Shown: positions 47,856 to 57,524 of the stretch, piece by piece
Layout: every line of letters begins with the position of its first letter
How positions within the stretch are numbered: the stretch's first letter is position 1
NCBI GenBank assembly: GCA_016214995.1
Contig: JACRML010000027.1
Location: 1,766 to 65,765, forward strand
Reading direction: 5' to 3'
Length of the DNA: 64,000 nucleotides
Source of the DNA: Deltaproteobacteria bacterium
GTDB taxonomy: Bacteria; Desulfobacterota; GWC2-55-46; UBA9637
The notes under the pieces: model-generated
What the model saw: only the letters and a program-made list of their open reading frames with translations
What the model was told of the DNA's origin: nothing
Database searches by the model: none
Program-made: the position numbers and the translations under genes

Positions 47856-49589
47856 CTACTTAAACTCCAACTCCTTAAACCACGCAATATCAATATCAGG
47901 AAATAGTTCGTCCCTTTTTTGGCACATTTCAAGAAAGTTTTTATCATTTACAGTAAGCTCATCTCCTCCACCTTTTATCCTGGCAATTTCAGCAAGCCTT
48001 TTGAAATCTTCATAATGCCTTACAATCCTTGCCTCTGCATAATCCTTTGCAGAAAAGGTGCTTATAAGAAACTGCCAGTCGGATGCCTCAAGGATAAAAA
48101 GCTCTCTGGCAGCCTGCTTCAAAATATCCTGTAAAAGGCTATCTTCTTTCTTATCACCATATTTCCTGGCAAGTTTAATCATCTCTTTTTCTACCTCATA
48201 TATATGCTTCCAGGTCCACTGATTCGTATCGTTAAGCCATATCCAGTGATAACCGCCCTCTCCCCACGAACCTTCTGGTATGGATATGACTTCTGTCGGC
48301 CTGCTTTTATCAAGATATCCACCAGCAGTTACTAAATCCACGCTTCCGTCAAGATGGATGGCCTTGATTACACTGTAGAGCCACTCAGGACCTTCAAACC
48401 ACCAATGGCCAAATAGTTCAGCATCGTAAGGAGATACCACTATGCCCGGTTCTTTATTAGTTTTGAGATGTTCCATCAGATTTACCTTGATAAGCTCCTT
48501 AAAATGGTCCGCCTGGGCGGAAATCTTTGCATAAACAGCTTCAGGCACATATTTCTCCTTGTCTGCAAGGTCGGCCTTTGCGCTGGTAACCCTCCAATAT
48601 TTCATGCCACCAGGAAATCTCTTCTTATGAAAATCAAGATAGTTCCCATCTCCCGGATAGCCCCACTCGCCGCTCCATACCTGAAGACCTGTCTTTGGGT
48701 CTCTTGTAAAAACCGCCACCGGCATCTTCCCCTCTGATGAAGAACCAACCCAGTATGTCTTATAGGGTGTCTTCTCTGTGGTTTCAGGCAGCGGCTTATA
48801 CTGTTCGGAAAATCTTGACCAGAGATTCTGGAGTGCGTCAAACCTGTCAAGATATACACCTATTGCCTTTCCTCCTTTTAACAGGTGGGCATCTATAAAG
48901 AAGTATTCAATATGATTCTCACTTAAAAATTCTTCCACGCCCTTCCTGTTATAAGGCTCTGTTTTATTTGCCGTATCAACAGGCGGCGACCATTTATATC
49001 CCGGTCTATAGGCGCATTCCGGAAGCCATATACCTCTCGGCTGTTTTCCGAAATGCCTTTTATAGGATGACACAGCCTGTTTTATCTGGGCCTGTATGCT
49101 TATATCTTGCGAAAGGAGCGGAAAATATCCATGTGTTGCGCCGCAGGTGATTATTTCTATATGCCCTTGATTCTGTAAATCTGCAAAGGCCTTTACAATA
49201 TTCTGTTCATATTTTTCAACAAAATCCTTATATATATTTCTGTAAAAATCCTTCCACATTTTGGCAACCTTTGCAAAATCAGGCTGACCAAGTGTCTCAA
49301 ACTCTGTAATGTCTTTTCCGGCTGCCTCCAGCCTCTGTCCAAGATATGTTTTAAATTCTGCTTTGAAAGATTGGCTTGCAAGCATCTCTGTTAGAACAGG
49401 TGTAAGACCTAATGTTATCTTTGGGCTTATCCCCTCTGCAACTAAACGGTTAAAGACATTCAAGAGCGGTATATAGGTCTCTGCTGCCGCCTCATTCAAC
49501 CAATCTGTTCCATGCGGCCATCTCCCATGAGACAGGACATAGGGAAGATGGGAGTGCAAAACAAAGGTGAATGAACCATTTTTTTTCAT
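47856..49589 (-). CDS. GH57-family 1,4-alpha-glucan branching enzyme
   Basis: FVLHSHLPYV N-terminus, WLPECAY, DAELFGHWWFEG motifs typical of GH57 + DUF1957. Confidence 0.85.
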   Translation of the reverse strand: MKKNGSFTFVLHSHLPYVLSHGRWPHGTDWLNEAAAETYIPLLNVFNRLVAEGISPKITLGLTPVLTEMLASQSFKAEFKTYLGQRLEAAGKDITEFETLGQPDFAKVAKMWKDFYRNIYKDFVEKYEQNIVKAFADLQNQGHIEIITCGATHGYFPLLSQDISIQAQIKQAVSSYKRHFGKQPRGIWLPECAYRPGYKWSPPVDTANKTEPYNRKGVEEFLSENHIEYFFIDAHLLKGGKAIGVYLDRFDALQNLWSRFSEQYKPLPETTEKTPYKTYWVGSSSEGKMPVAVFTRDPKTGLQVWSGEWGYPGDGNYLDFHKKRFPGGMKYWRVTSAKADLADKEKYVPEAVYAKISAQADHFKELIKVNLMEHLKTNKEPGIVVSPYDAELFGHWWFEGPEWLYSVIKAIHLDGSVDLVTAGGYLDKSRPTEVISIPEGSWGEGGYHWIWLNDTNQWTWKHIYEVEKEMIKLARKYGDKKEDSLLQDILKQAARELFILEASDWQFLISTFSAKDYAEARIVRHYEDFKRLAEIARIKGGGDELTVNDKNFLEMCQKRDELFPDIDIAWFKELEFK

Positions 49590-49716
49590 AGGCCTCCTCT
49601 GAAAAAATACAAAAATCAGAAATTAGGAATTGGAAAAGTGTTAATAAAAATAGTATCTTCTTATTTATCTTTTTTTAAAAAGCTATCACAAGGTTATATC
49701 TTTTGCAATTTTAATT

Positions 49717-50595
49717 TTAGCCATTTTTTAAAATGTATGCACTCGCAGCAGCCCTATATTTCTTAACAAAGCCAATCGGCCTGTAAGTCATTTTGGCCTG
49801 CCTCATTCCTTCATCACCCAAATCCTGCTCCCTATTTATGAATTTGTATTTATCCGGAAGTATGGCGGCAAAGCTCTGATTAACAAACTGATATAATCCC
49901 TTATAATCACCCACAGCCTTTTCAAAGTGAATCACAAAATTTTTGCCTCCCCTCAATTCTTCACCCAATGTATAAGCTGCTGGTTTCCCATCTACATAGT
50001 AAATACCGCCGCATAACTGCAGTTCTTCTGCCTTTTCCAATGCCTCTTTTGCAGCAACATAATCACCATAATCGTCTTTTCCCTGTCTCCACATATCCAA
50101 AACTGATACAGCATCATTCATGTATTCTTTCAAAAGAGGTTTAGCCTCGTATGAATAGCTGCTGATAAAAGCATTGACCATATTCTTCTTTCTGTGAAAT
50201 TTAGCGCCAGGCAATTTCACTAATTCTTCCCTCAGGTAAAGATAATCAAAGTTATTACGGTCTTCTGCAACAAAATACCCCATCTCAGCAAGCGCAGATG
50301 CATGGCTCACAGAAACACATTTCATAAAAACAAATTCATGGAAGAGTTTATCCAGAAAATCTTTTTCAGGCAAATCAAATGGGATCATAAAAAATGGGCT
50401 TCCCTTATCATTACCGGCAATCAAAAAAAGATTATCCTTTAATTTAGAAATCCTATAATTATGAGTTTCTCTGAAAAGATACAGATTTGCAAAAGTAAAC
50501 TCTGAAATTCCATGTTGCAGGTCTTTTAAAAAAGGATGAATATCTGGCCGCAACTCCATGTGAAAACCAGAAAATTTTGGGTAGTCCGGAATCAT
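49717..50595 (-). CDS. DUF2156 domain protein (lysyl-PG synthase C-terminal-domain-like acyltransferase fold)
   Basis: EFTFANLYLFR motif and size. Confidence 0.65.
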   Translation of the reverse strand: MIPDYPKFSGFHMELRPDIHPFLKDLQHGISEFTFANLYLFRETHNYRISKLKDNLFLIAGNDKGSPFFMIPFDLPEKDFLDKLFHEFVFMKCVSVSHASALAEMGYFVAEDRNNFDYLYLREELVKLPGAKFHRKKNMVNAFISSYSYEAKPLLKEYMNDAVSVLDMWRQGKDDYGDYVAAKEALEKAEELQLCGGIYYVDGKPAAYTLGEELRGGKNFVIHFEKAVGDYKGLYQFVNQSFAAILPDKYKFINREQDLGDEGMRQAKMTYRPIGFVKKYRAAASAYILKNG

Positions 50596-50758
50596 CTATC
50601 CTCTCTATTTCTATCAGGCAAAGTAAAAAGCCCACCTTCCGAAATGGGTTAAGGTTTAAAACAAGGCTGACTTTTTGCAGTATGCTGCTTACGAAAACCG
50701 CAACAACACCGCTATGGGCAACCCAACCGAAGGTTGTGGCATGCTTTTTACAAAACCG

Positions 50759-50980
50759 TCATTTCTTGAGAAGATAAAATATCAGGCTCACTATAAGGCT
50801 TATAATAATAGAGGTAGTAAGCGGGAAATAGAATGTAAAATCTTCTTTTTTTATATATATGTCTCCGGGAAGGCGGCCTAACCATTTGAAACTCCCACCC
50901 AAACTTAAAAACACGCCGATCCCGAATAAAAACAAACCCACTACTATCAAAAATCTTGCCAACCCGGAAAACTCACTCAT
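50759..50980 (-). CDS. DUF2905 small membrane protein
   Basis: LGRLPGDIYIKKEDFTFYFPLTTSIIISL signature. Confidence 0.75.
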   Translation of the reverse strand: MSEFSGLARFLIVVGLFLFGIGVFLSLGGSFKWLGRLPGDIYIKKEDFTFYFPLTTSIIISLIVSLIFYLLKK

Positions 50981-51051
50981 AGGTAGTATTTACAAAAAAA
51001 TGTAACTGCATTTTTTGGCCGTAAAAATCACTGTCTGTTTTTGGGTTTGAG

Positions 51052-53796
51052 TTAAGATTCTCTTTTCCGCTCCGCACCTGTTTTAGCCTCTTCATACCAG
51101 TTATCAAAGTGATGTTTAAACAGAAGTTTTGAAAATTCAGAATCTTTATTGACCATCTCATAGACGGTTTTTGGGGTTGTTGACTCGAAGCCCTTAAATA
51201 TTATTTCCCCCGCTTTACAAAATATCTCTACATGTTTAATCCCTTCTATAACGAATACGCCAAACCACAATTCTAACAATTTAACGTGGAAGAAAAATGC
51301 GCTTTGTATCTCTTTGTCCAGTTCTGATACCGGAACCTCCCGCTTAAAAAACAATCCTTTTCCTTTAGTTTCTCTTATATATTCCTTTAATGCATCTTCA
51401 CTTAACGCTTGCCCTTTATTATATATATCGCCAGTAATGTTTAATATTCTGAGAGAAGAAAGTGGCTCCCCTGAAACAATTCTTCTGAAATCCTTAAAAC
51501 ATTCCTGCGCCAACACTTGCGCCAAATCTTTTGCCTCAGACACGTTCTTATGTACAATGACATTTTCCAGCTTGTCGTCCAGACTCGGAGGCATGAGCAA
51601 GCCATAAGTCTTATCAATGTAAATATCCAACGGATATTTGAGGTTGTGGTTATTCCTTTTCAGTCTTTCTTCTTCAAGCAGTCTTTCCCTCTTTGCCCTT
51701 ACCATAGAACTTCTATCGGTACCTCTGGCAGCCTCATTTATCTTCTCAGCAATAGCAACCTTTACCTCGCCCCAAAAACCGTCCTTCATTACAATAATCT
51801 CGGCCTTGCTGCCAAATGTGATAAAAAGACCTGCCTCCATCTCCTGCCCTATTGCAGCCTCCAGTTCCTCTCTATATGTTTTTTCCAGCCTGTATTCTTT
51901 TTCCTTTACCTCTAACATCTTGGCTTCTAATCCTTTTTCACCGCTCGATATAGCCTTCTCTATTGAAGCCTGCTCCCTGGCAAGCTCCTCTTTCATTGCC
52001 TCAAAGTTTTTATGAATGGTATGAAGAAGCTCCTCCTCTAACACATGAGGCACCCTTTTTTCCAATTGCTCTTTATATCTCTTCATAATAAGCCGAATAT
52101 CTCCTGCCAGGGCAATAAGATTAGAAACTCCGCCGGAAAATACGGCGGCATCGCCTAATAGGTTATTTAATTTTATGTTTCTTTTATCGCTTGTAATATC
52201 CGGAGTTGAAGAGCCGTATCTGCTCGCAACGTTGAGGATGGGCTTGTAAAAATTTGACTCCATGAAGTCAGCCATGGTGATTTCCTTGGCTCTCAGGGTT
52301 TTCCTTGTAAAATCCTTCATATCTACAAAAAGGTGCCCTTCGGCTTCAACCTCCAATTCTCTGAGAATCGGTCTCTCATCTGCAGAAAAAAGATAGAGCC
52401 TCCCCCTCTCGTATTCCATCCGCAATGTCTCGCTGGAAAACTCGCCGCGCCTATCAACCATCAGCCCACGCATAGAACTTACAAATCTTTCTACATCCTC
52501 GTCAAACTTGTATGCAACAAACGCCTCTATTATATCGGTAATAGCCGCACCCTTTTTCCTGCCTATTCTAAACAAATTGCGAAATGAAGTTTTTGTAATT
52601 GAAGCCACGAACTCCTCTATTACATTGATTCTTTCTAATCTAGCCGTATCATTTTGAAACTGTATCTTTACATCATCTAAACCTTGTTTCAGCCTCGTCA
52701 TTACTTTAGAATCAGTGGACAGCATCTGGATAAGTCTATTATCCGCATATAGTTCAGCAAGCATCGCATTAACCCCTATTCCAGGGGTGTCATAATCCAG
52801 AAGATAATCGCTTATCAGCTGTCTTAAATAATTTATATTAGAAAGCTTGAGGAGCTCTTCTGTAAGAGGTGAATCCTTTTTTACCTCATTCTCCATCGCA
52901 GCGATTATGCCTGCGACATCTTTAGCCTTTGCAGCCGTCTTATCATAAACCGGCCTCAATAAAGAAACCACATTATCCCCAAGCCCATATGGGTTTAAAT
53001 CGCTGTTAATAATATTTCCGCCTTGAATAGTCAGAAAACTCATCGGCGTAAACCATTCCTCAAAGCTTTCCAATTTTGCCGAACTATAGGAAGCCGCTAT
53101 CTGTTTCAGTTCAGATGCCACATTTTTTACAGCAGCTTTATAAACAAAATAGAGGGCAAGCCCTATCACCTGATCCAGTCTTTCGTAGTTAAAGCCTTTT
53201 ACCTTAGCGCTTCTTATAATACTGTCTTTCCTCTTTGCTGTGGCATTGACCATAGCCATAATTGCCAAAATAGAGGTCTTTTCCACGCCTTCCAGACGCA
53301 TCTCTTCAAGCACAGCCTTTCTCAATATTCCCCTAACCAGCGTATAATATCTCTTTCCATATCCATCTGCCCCAAGCCAAGTCTTTAATATTCCGCTATC
53401 AAGCATCGGAGTTGTGGTTAGTATTTCACATGCAATACCTTTCTCTGCTGAATCCGGCAAAAAATAATCTGCCCTGTATGTCTTATCTATAAGGATTGTT
53501 TTAATATCAAGAAGGGATGAGAAGCTGTCCTTTACTTCCTGTTCAGAATTTGGTTCAAAACGTCTTTTTAAAAGCAGTATCAATGACAGAATAGATTTTT
53601 CTATTACAGGTTCATCCTCTACCCCAAACAAGTAAGGTATCTTTAAATCTTTTACAGATTCACCCAGTCGGAATCTCATATAGGCAGGTTCTATCAGCCA
53701 TAATTTGCCTGTATTACAGTCAAACCCTTTCCGTAAAATATCATCAAAGAGATTGAGTCTATCTTTTATGAATTTATAATCGGCGTCTGCTGGCAT
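51052..53796 (-). CDS. Large hypothetical protein (914 aa) with a candidate split class-III-cyclase-like palm domain
   Basis: Long uninterrupted ORF. Residues ~485-695 carry HLFVDMKDFT, LLGDAAVFSG, then a ~90-aa coiled-coil insert, then GLFITFGSKAEIIV...GEVKVAIAEKINEAARG. Confidence 0.6.
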   Translation of the reverse strand: MPADADYKFIKDRLNLFDDILRKGFDCNTGKLWLIEPAYMRFRLGESVKDLKIPYLFGVEDEPVIEKSILSLILLLKRRFEPNSEQEVKDSFSSLLDIKTILIDKTYRADYFLPDSAEKGIACEILTTTPMLDSGILKTWLGADGYGKRYYTLVRGILRKAVLEEMRLEGVEKTSILAIMAMVNATAKRKDSIIRSAKVKGFNYERLDQVIGLALYFVYKAAVKNVASELKQIAASYSSAKLESFEEWFTPMSFLTIQGGNIINSDLNPYGLGDNVVSLLRPVYDKTAAKAKDVAGIIAAMENEVKKDSPLTEELLKLSNINYLRQLISDYLLDYDTPGIGVNAMLAELYADNRLIQMLSTDSKVMTRLKQGLDDVKIQFQNDTARLERINVIEEFVASITKTSFRNLFRIGRKKGAAITDIIEAFVAYKFDEDVERFVSSMRGLMVDRRGEFSSETLRMEYERGRLYLFSADERPILRELEVEAEGHLFVDMKDFTRKTLRAKEITMADFMESNFYKPILNVASRYGSSTPDITSDKRNIKLNNLLGDAAVFSGGVSNLIALAGDIRLIMKRYKEQLEKRVPHVLEEELLHTIHKNFEAMKEELAREQASIEKAISSGEKGLEAKMLEVKEKEYRLEKTYREELEAAIGQEMEAGLFITFGSKAEIIVMKDGFWGEVKVAIAEKINEAARGTDRSSMVRAKRERLLEEERLKRNNHNLKYPLDIYIDKTYGLLMPPSLDDKLENVIVHKNVSEAKDLAQVLAQECFKDFRRIVSGEPLSSLRILNITGDIYNKGQALSEDALKEYIRETKGKGLFFKREVPVSELDKEIQSAFFFHVKLLELWFGVFVIEGIKHVEIFCKAGEIIFKGFESTTPKTVYEMVNKDSEFSKLLFKHHFDNWYEEAKTGAERKRES

Positions 53797-53861
53797 AGAA
53801 TTAAGACAGAAATCAGGGATTAGGGGTTGGAGGCTGGTGGTTTTGCCTCGCTTCTCCTCGC

Positions 53862-54551
53862 TTAAATAGTTGCTGAAACAATCCCTTCAAAAATCTTTTT
53901 TCCGTTCTCCCCTCCAAGAATAGATTCGCACACCCTTTCAGGATGCGGCATAGTACCGAAGACATTCCCAGTTTTATTGATGATGGCTGCAATATTATTG
54001 ACGGAGCCGTTCGGGTTGGCATCTTCTGTGATTTTGCCGTCTTTGTCAGAATATCTGAATATTACCTGATTATTATCCTCTAATCTTTTAATAGTATCTT
54101 GATCTGCAAAATAGTTTCCATCCGCATGGGCAATGGGAATGTTAAGCACCTGATTTTTTTGATACGTCTTTGTAAAGGCGGTCCGGTTGTTCTCTATCCT
54201 TATATGAACATTTTTGCAGATAAATTTGAGCGTCTTGTTTCTCATCAAAACACCAGGCAAAAGCCCTGCTTCGGTCAATATCTGAAAACCATTGCATATA
54301 CCGATAACAAGGCCGCCATTTTTTGCAAATGCGGCTACCTCTTGCATAACCGGTGAGAATCTGGCAATGGCGCCGGTCCTTAAATAGTCGCCGTATGAAA
54401 ATCCGCCAGGGATGATAACACAGCCAAATCCCTTGAGACTTGTCTCCTTATGCCAGATGTATTCTGCCTTTTGATCAAAGATATGCTTTACAGCATGGTA
54501 GCAATCATGGTCGCAGTTGGAACCTGGAAATACTATGATGCCGAATTTCAT
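53862..54551 (-). CDS. purQ: Phosphoribosylformylglycinamidine synthase, glutaminase subunit
   Basis: GATase triad context GICNGFQIL and MPHPER. Confidence 0.92.
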   Translation of the reverse strand: MKFGIIVFPGSNCDHDCYHAVKHIFDQKAEYIWHKETSLKGFGCVIIPGGFSYGDYLRTGAIARFSPVMQEVAAFAKNGGLVIGICNGFQILTEAGLLPGVLMRNKTLKFICKNVHIRIENNRTAFTKTYQKNQVLNIPIAHADGNYFADQDTIKRLEDNNQVIFRYSDKDGKITEDANPNGSVNNIAAIINKTGNVFGTMPHPERVCESILGGENGKKIFEGIVSATI

Positions 54552-54787
54552 TCTATCTCCACCTTATAGTCTTCAACAACAGTATTCGCCAAAAGTTTTT
54601 CGCACATCTCTTTAAGCCGTTTATCTGCATCTTTTTGAGATACGCCGTCAATCTCTATTTCTATAAACTTGCCTATGCGCAATCCTTTGACTTCTTTATA
54701 TCCCATAGATTCCAGCGCCCCGCATACAGCCTTTCCCTGCGGGTCAAGAACTCCTTTTTTCAATGTTACATAAACTTTTGCCTTCAT
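54548..54787 (-). CDS. purS: Phosphoribosylformylglycinamidine synthase subunit PurS
   Basis: [21 protein letters not shown]..., 79 aa. ATG 54787; overlaps purQ by 4 nt. Confidence 0.9.
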   Translation of the reverse strand: MKAKVYVTLKKGVLDPQGKAVCGALESMGYKEVKGLRIGKFIEIEIDGVSQKDADKRLKEMCEKLLANTVVEDYKVEIE

Positions 54788-55221
54788 TTGTTTTCTCCCT
54801 GCAACAAAATTTCTTTGACCTTGCGATGTATATCTTCCAGCAGCGGACGGCTTACGCTGATAAATGTCTTGATGGAGTTCCACCGTATATCAAGATAATC
54901 ATGGGCTACGATATTTCTCAAGACCGCCCATGTCTCTATCTTTTTGCCGAAGTCTTCATGGAAATATCTTGCTCCGAAAGCAAACAACACTTCTTTATAT
55001 GTTTGAGGCATGGGAAAGTCTTCACCGGCAAGAAGAAGCTTGGCCATATCAATAGTTGAATTGACAAGATTTTCAATCCACCGCTCAAGATTTCTGCGTT
55101 TGTCTTTGTCGAACTGATAATCGTTCCATGAATACTCCGCAAATTTCCAAAAATCCGCCAATTCACCGGCAAAAAAATCCAGATGTCTTGCAAGCCGCTC
55201 TCTTTCTCTATTCGCCGGCAT
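54784..55221 (-). CDS. hepT: HepT-like (DUF86/HEPN) toxin
   Basis: RNIVAHDY (Rx4HxY) motif. Its stop overlaps the purS start by 4 nt. Confidence 0.85.
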   Translation of the reverse strand: MPANRERERLARHLDFFAGELADFWKFAEYSWNDYQFDKDKRRNLERWIENLVNSTIDMAKLLLAGEDFPMPQTYKEVLFAFGARYFHEDFGKKIETWAVLRNIVAHDYLDIRWNSIKTFISVSRPLLEDIHRKVKEILLQGENK

Positions 55222-55639
55222 GAGTCCTTATCTCCTCTTTCAGCTTCCAATAGCTTATGACAAATTCCCTGAAATCCTCGGCTTCGGCTGTAACCCTCAT
55301 CATAAAATCAACATACAACCCCCTGTCCTTTATCACAAGAGGCGCACCGCTTATAGCGCTCTCGGCAACGCTCGATGCCGCCCTGTTGAGAACCAACAGG
55401 TCAACCTCTTTGCCTAAAAGCCCCTCTATCTCACGCCATAAAACAGTTTCCCCATCATATCTTGCGTCGCTATCTTCCCATTCCAGTCGTGATGTTTTCG
55501 GTTTGAAATAAACCGCTATATCAACATCCGAATCCATCCCGCCTTTACCTTTTGCCCATGAACCGAAGAGAAAGGCCATAACAATATCGTCCCTCTTTTC
55601 AAAATATGGCTGTAAAAGTGTTATCATTTCATTCTTCAT
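55208..55639 (-). CDS. mntA: MntA-like nucleotidyltransferase antitoxin
   Basis: FLFGSWAKG...DSDVDIAV (GSx10DxD) minimal NTase motif. Confidence 0.85.
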   Translation of the reverse strand: MKNEMITLLQPYFEKRDDIVMAFLFGSWAKGKGGMDSDVDIAVYFKPKTSRLEWEDSDARYDGETVLWREIEGLLGKEVDLLVLNRAASSVAESAISGAPLVIKDRGLYVDFMMRVTAEAEDFREFVISYWKLKEEIRTHAGE

Positions 55640-55733
55640 AAACTACCTTCCCTGCCACAATCGTCTTCACAACCCGTCCCTTCATCTTCCATCCGTCAAA
55701 CGGCGTATTCCTGCTCTTTGATTTTAACTTTTT
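55629..55733 (-). pseudogene. Orphan 3'-terminal fragment of a dihydroorotase gene (duplicate of the pyrC end)
   Basis: Reads [34 protein letters not shown], versus [34 protein letters not shown] at the pyrC C-terminus. 31 nt are identical (55634-55664 = 58441-58471). Confidence 0.75.
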
Positions 55734-55737
55734 GGAT

Positions 55738-55799
55738 AATTCTGGGGACACCATACTGAACTGAACTCTCCCTGAATTGAGTAAGGTGTCCCCGGAATT
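55738..55799. repeat. 15-bp imperfect inverted repeat at the islet edge
   Basis: AATTCTGGGGACACC (55738-55752) ... GGTGTCCCCGGAATT (55785-55799), 32-nt loop. Confidence 0.7.
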
Positions 55800-55811
55800 C
55801 CTGAATCTTTA

Positions 55812-55940
55812 TTAATATCCAGCACCATCTACAGCGCAAACTGTGCAACCTTTTGATTCATCATATTTTGAAACATTGGCAGAACTCACAAGAATGTTTA
55901 CCTCTTTGCTTATCTCCTGTTCAGTTTTTTCAACTTCCAT
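55812..55940 (-). CDS. Candidate RiPP precursor peptide (42 aa)
   Basis: Not in ORF track. GGAAAGGAGGTG-N6-ATG, 26 nt downstream of the radical SAM gene: MEVEKTEQEISKEVNILVSSANVSKYDESKGCTVCAVDGAGY, followed by tandem stops. Confidence 0.55.
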   Translation of the reverse strand: MEVEKTEQEISKEVNILVSSANVSKYDESKGCTVCAVDGAGY

Positions 55941-55966
55941 GTATATCACCTCCTTTCCGTTATAGA

Positions 55967-57217
55967 TCAATTACTCACAACCAAGTCATACATCTTTTTA
56001 GTTTCCAAACACTTTAGCTCCAATGTGCTGTCTTTTTTATAAACCTCCTTGTAATAAGGACAAGTATGACATAATGGAAGACAATTGCATTTTTTACATT
56101 CAGCATCTAATGCAAGAGTTTCTTTTCTATATTCATTTAATTTTTGAAATTGATCCTTAAAAGGCACTTCATGTCTATAATCCACATATTTTTCTCTAAA
56201 CATAACACAAAAATGAATTTTAAAATCTAAAGAGATAAAACACTCTGATATTCCGACATTACAAAAATGTTCACCTTTATCTATCAATTCTTTTCTAAAC
56301 TCTTTTTCACTATCAAATATTTTTTTTAGATTTATTATCTTCTTCTCTGAAAAAATAAATTTGTCTAAACATTCTGGCTCAATTTCATGCTCCTTAGGTG
56401 CGCTATTTCCATCTAATGTATGTGCCATCACAGGATTAATATTGTGTTGGCTATTCATTTTATTACAGAAACGTCTCATGGCATTGAGGCTTGAATAATT
56501 TTCCTTTAATAAAACTGTCTGAATTACAAAGTTGAGATTATTTCTTGATAAAGCATCTATGCCATTTAAAAACTTATTATAATTATTTGCACTTCCTGTA
56601 ATTTGAATATATTCTTCTTCGGAAGAACCATACTGACTGACTTTTATCATCTTTGGGGGGTATTTATTGAAAGTGGCAACAACTTTAGGAATAAATGAGC
56701 CATTTGTTACAATGGAGACCACAAAACCTTTTCTTTTTGCATAAGTATAAATATCTATGAAATCTTTTCTTAAAGTGCATTCGCCGCCAGTAAACCAAAG
56801 AAATAAGACACCACTATCACATAAGTTGTCCAAAAGGTTTATTAATGAATCAAATGAAGGCTCTTTTTTCCCTTGCAGCGGTTTAGCATAGCAATGAATG
56901 CAATCAAAATTACATTGACCCGTAAGTTCAATTCCAACTTTCCATGGGTAAATATCATTTGAATTTGGCTTTGATAGATTCCTTTTGTTGGTGAAATTAG
57001 CTTTATCATTTATTTTCAGAAATTCTTCAAAGATTTGTTGAACTATATTATCCGGTATGGAAGCCTTATGGTTAAGTGTGCATTTTATGTCGCTCTCCAA
57101 AATTATCGCATTTTCATTACAGTATGAAATCTGCGGGTCTATCAACCACATTTTCCCCGCAATATTTCTGATTACTATTCTGTCCCAATATGCAATAAAC
57201 TCTTTTGAATATTTCAT
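55967..57217 (-). CDS. Radical SAM / SPASM-domain peptide-modifying enzyme
   Basis: CNFDCIHC (CX3CX2C). C-terminal auxiliary-cluster cysteines CNVGISEC ... CKKCNCLPLCHTC ... C. ~95-aa N-terminal extension. Confidence 0.88.
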   Translation of the reverse strand: MKYSKEFIAYWDRIVIRNIAGKMWLIDPQISYCNENAIILESDIKCTLNHKASIPDNIVQQIFEEFLKINDKANFTNKRNLSKPNSNDIYPWKVGIELTGQCNFDCIHCYAKPLQGKKEPSFDSLINLLDNLCDSGVLFLWFTGGECTLRKDFIDIYTYAKRKGFVVSIVTNGSFIPKVVATFNKYPPKMIKVSQYGSSEEEYIQITGSANNYNKFLNGIDALSRNNLNFVIQTVLLKENYSSLNAMRRFCNKMNSQHNINPVMAHTLDGNSAPKEHEIEPECLDKFIFSEKKIINLKKIFDSEKEFRKELIDKGEHFCNVGISECFISLDFKIHFCVMFREKYVDYRHEVPFKDQFQKLNEYRKETLALDAECKKCNCLPLCHTCPYYKEVYKKDSTLELKCLETKKMYDLVVSN

Positions 57218-57293
57218 ACTTATTGATTTTTCCTGAATGAAAACATATGAATGAAAACATAAAGAAACATAAATAGAAACAAAGGGGACAGAT

Positions 57294-57524
57294 TTATTTA
57301 AGCATTGCTTCGAAATCTTTGGGTCTTATAATTTTTGTATTATGGAATGAATCTAATACAAGAATATCCTCATCTCCTGTAATAAGATAATCGGCTTTCC
57401 CTTCCAATGCCACTCCAAGCAAAAAGTTATCTTTCTTATCCCTGCAAACATCAACCTTTTCACTTGGCAAAACTACTATTGCATAGCTGTCAAGAAGCGA
57501 AAAGAGTTCTTTGATTCTTTTCAT
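57294..57524 (-). pseudogene. PIN-domain toxin remnant (C-terminal half only)
   Basis: VCRDKKDNFLLGVALEGKADYLITGDEDILVL aligns with the C-half of the PIN protein at 22064..22498. The N-terminal ~65 aa, including the first acidic residue, are absent, with a stop 9 codons upstream. Confidence 0.55.
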
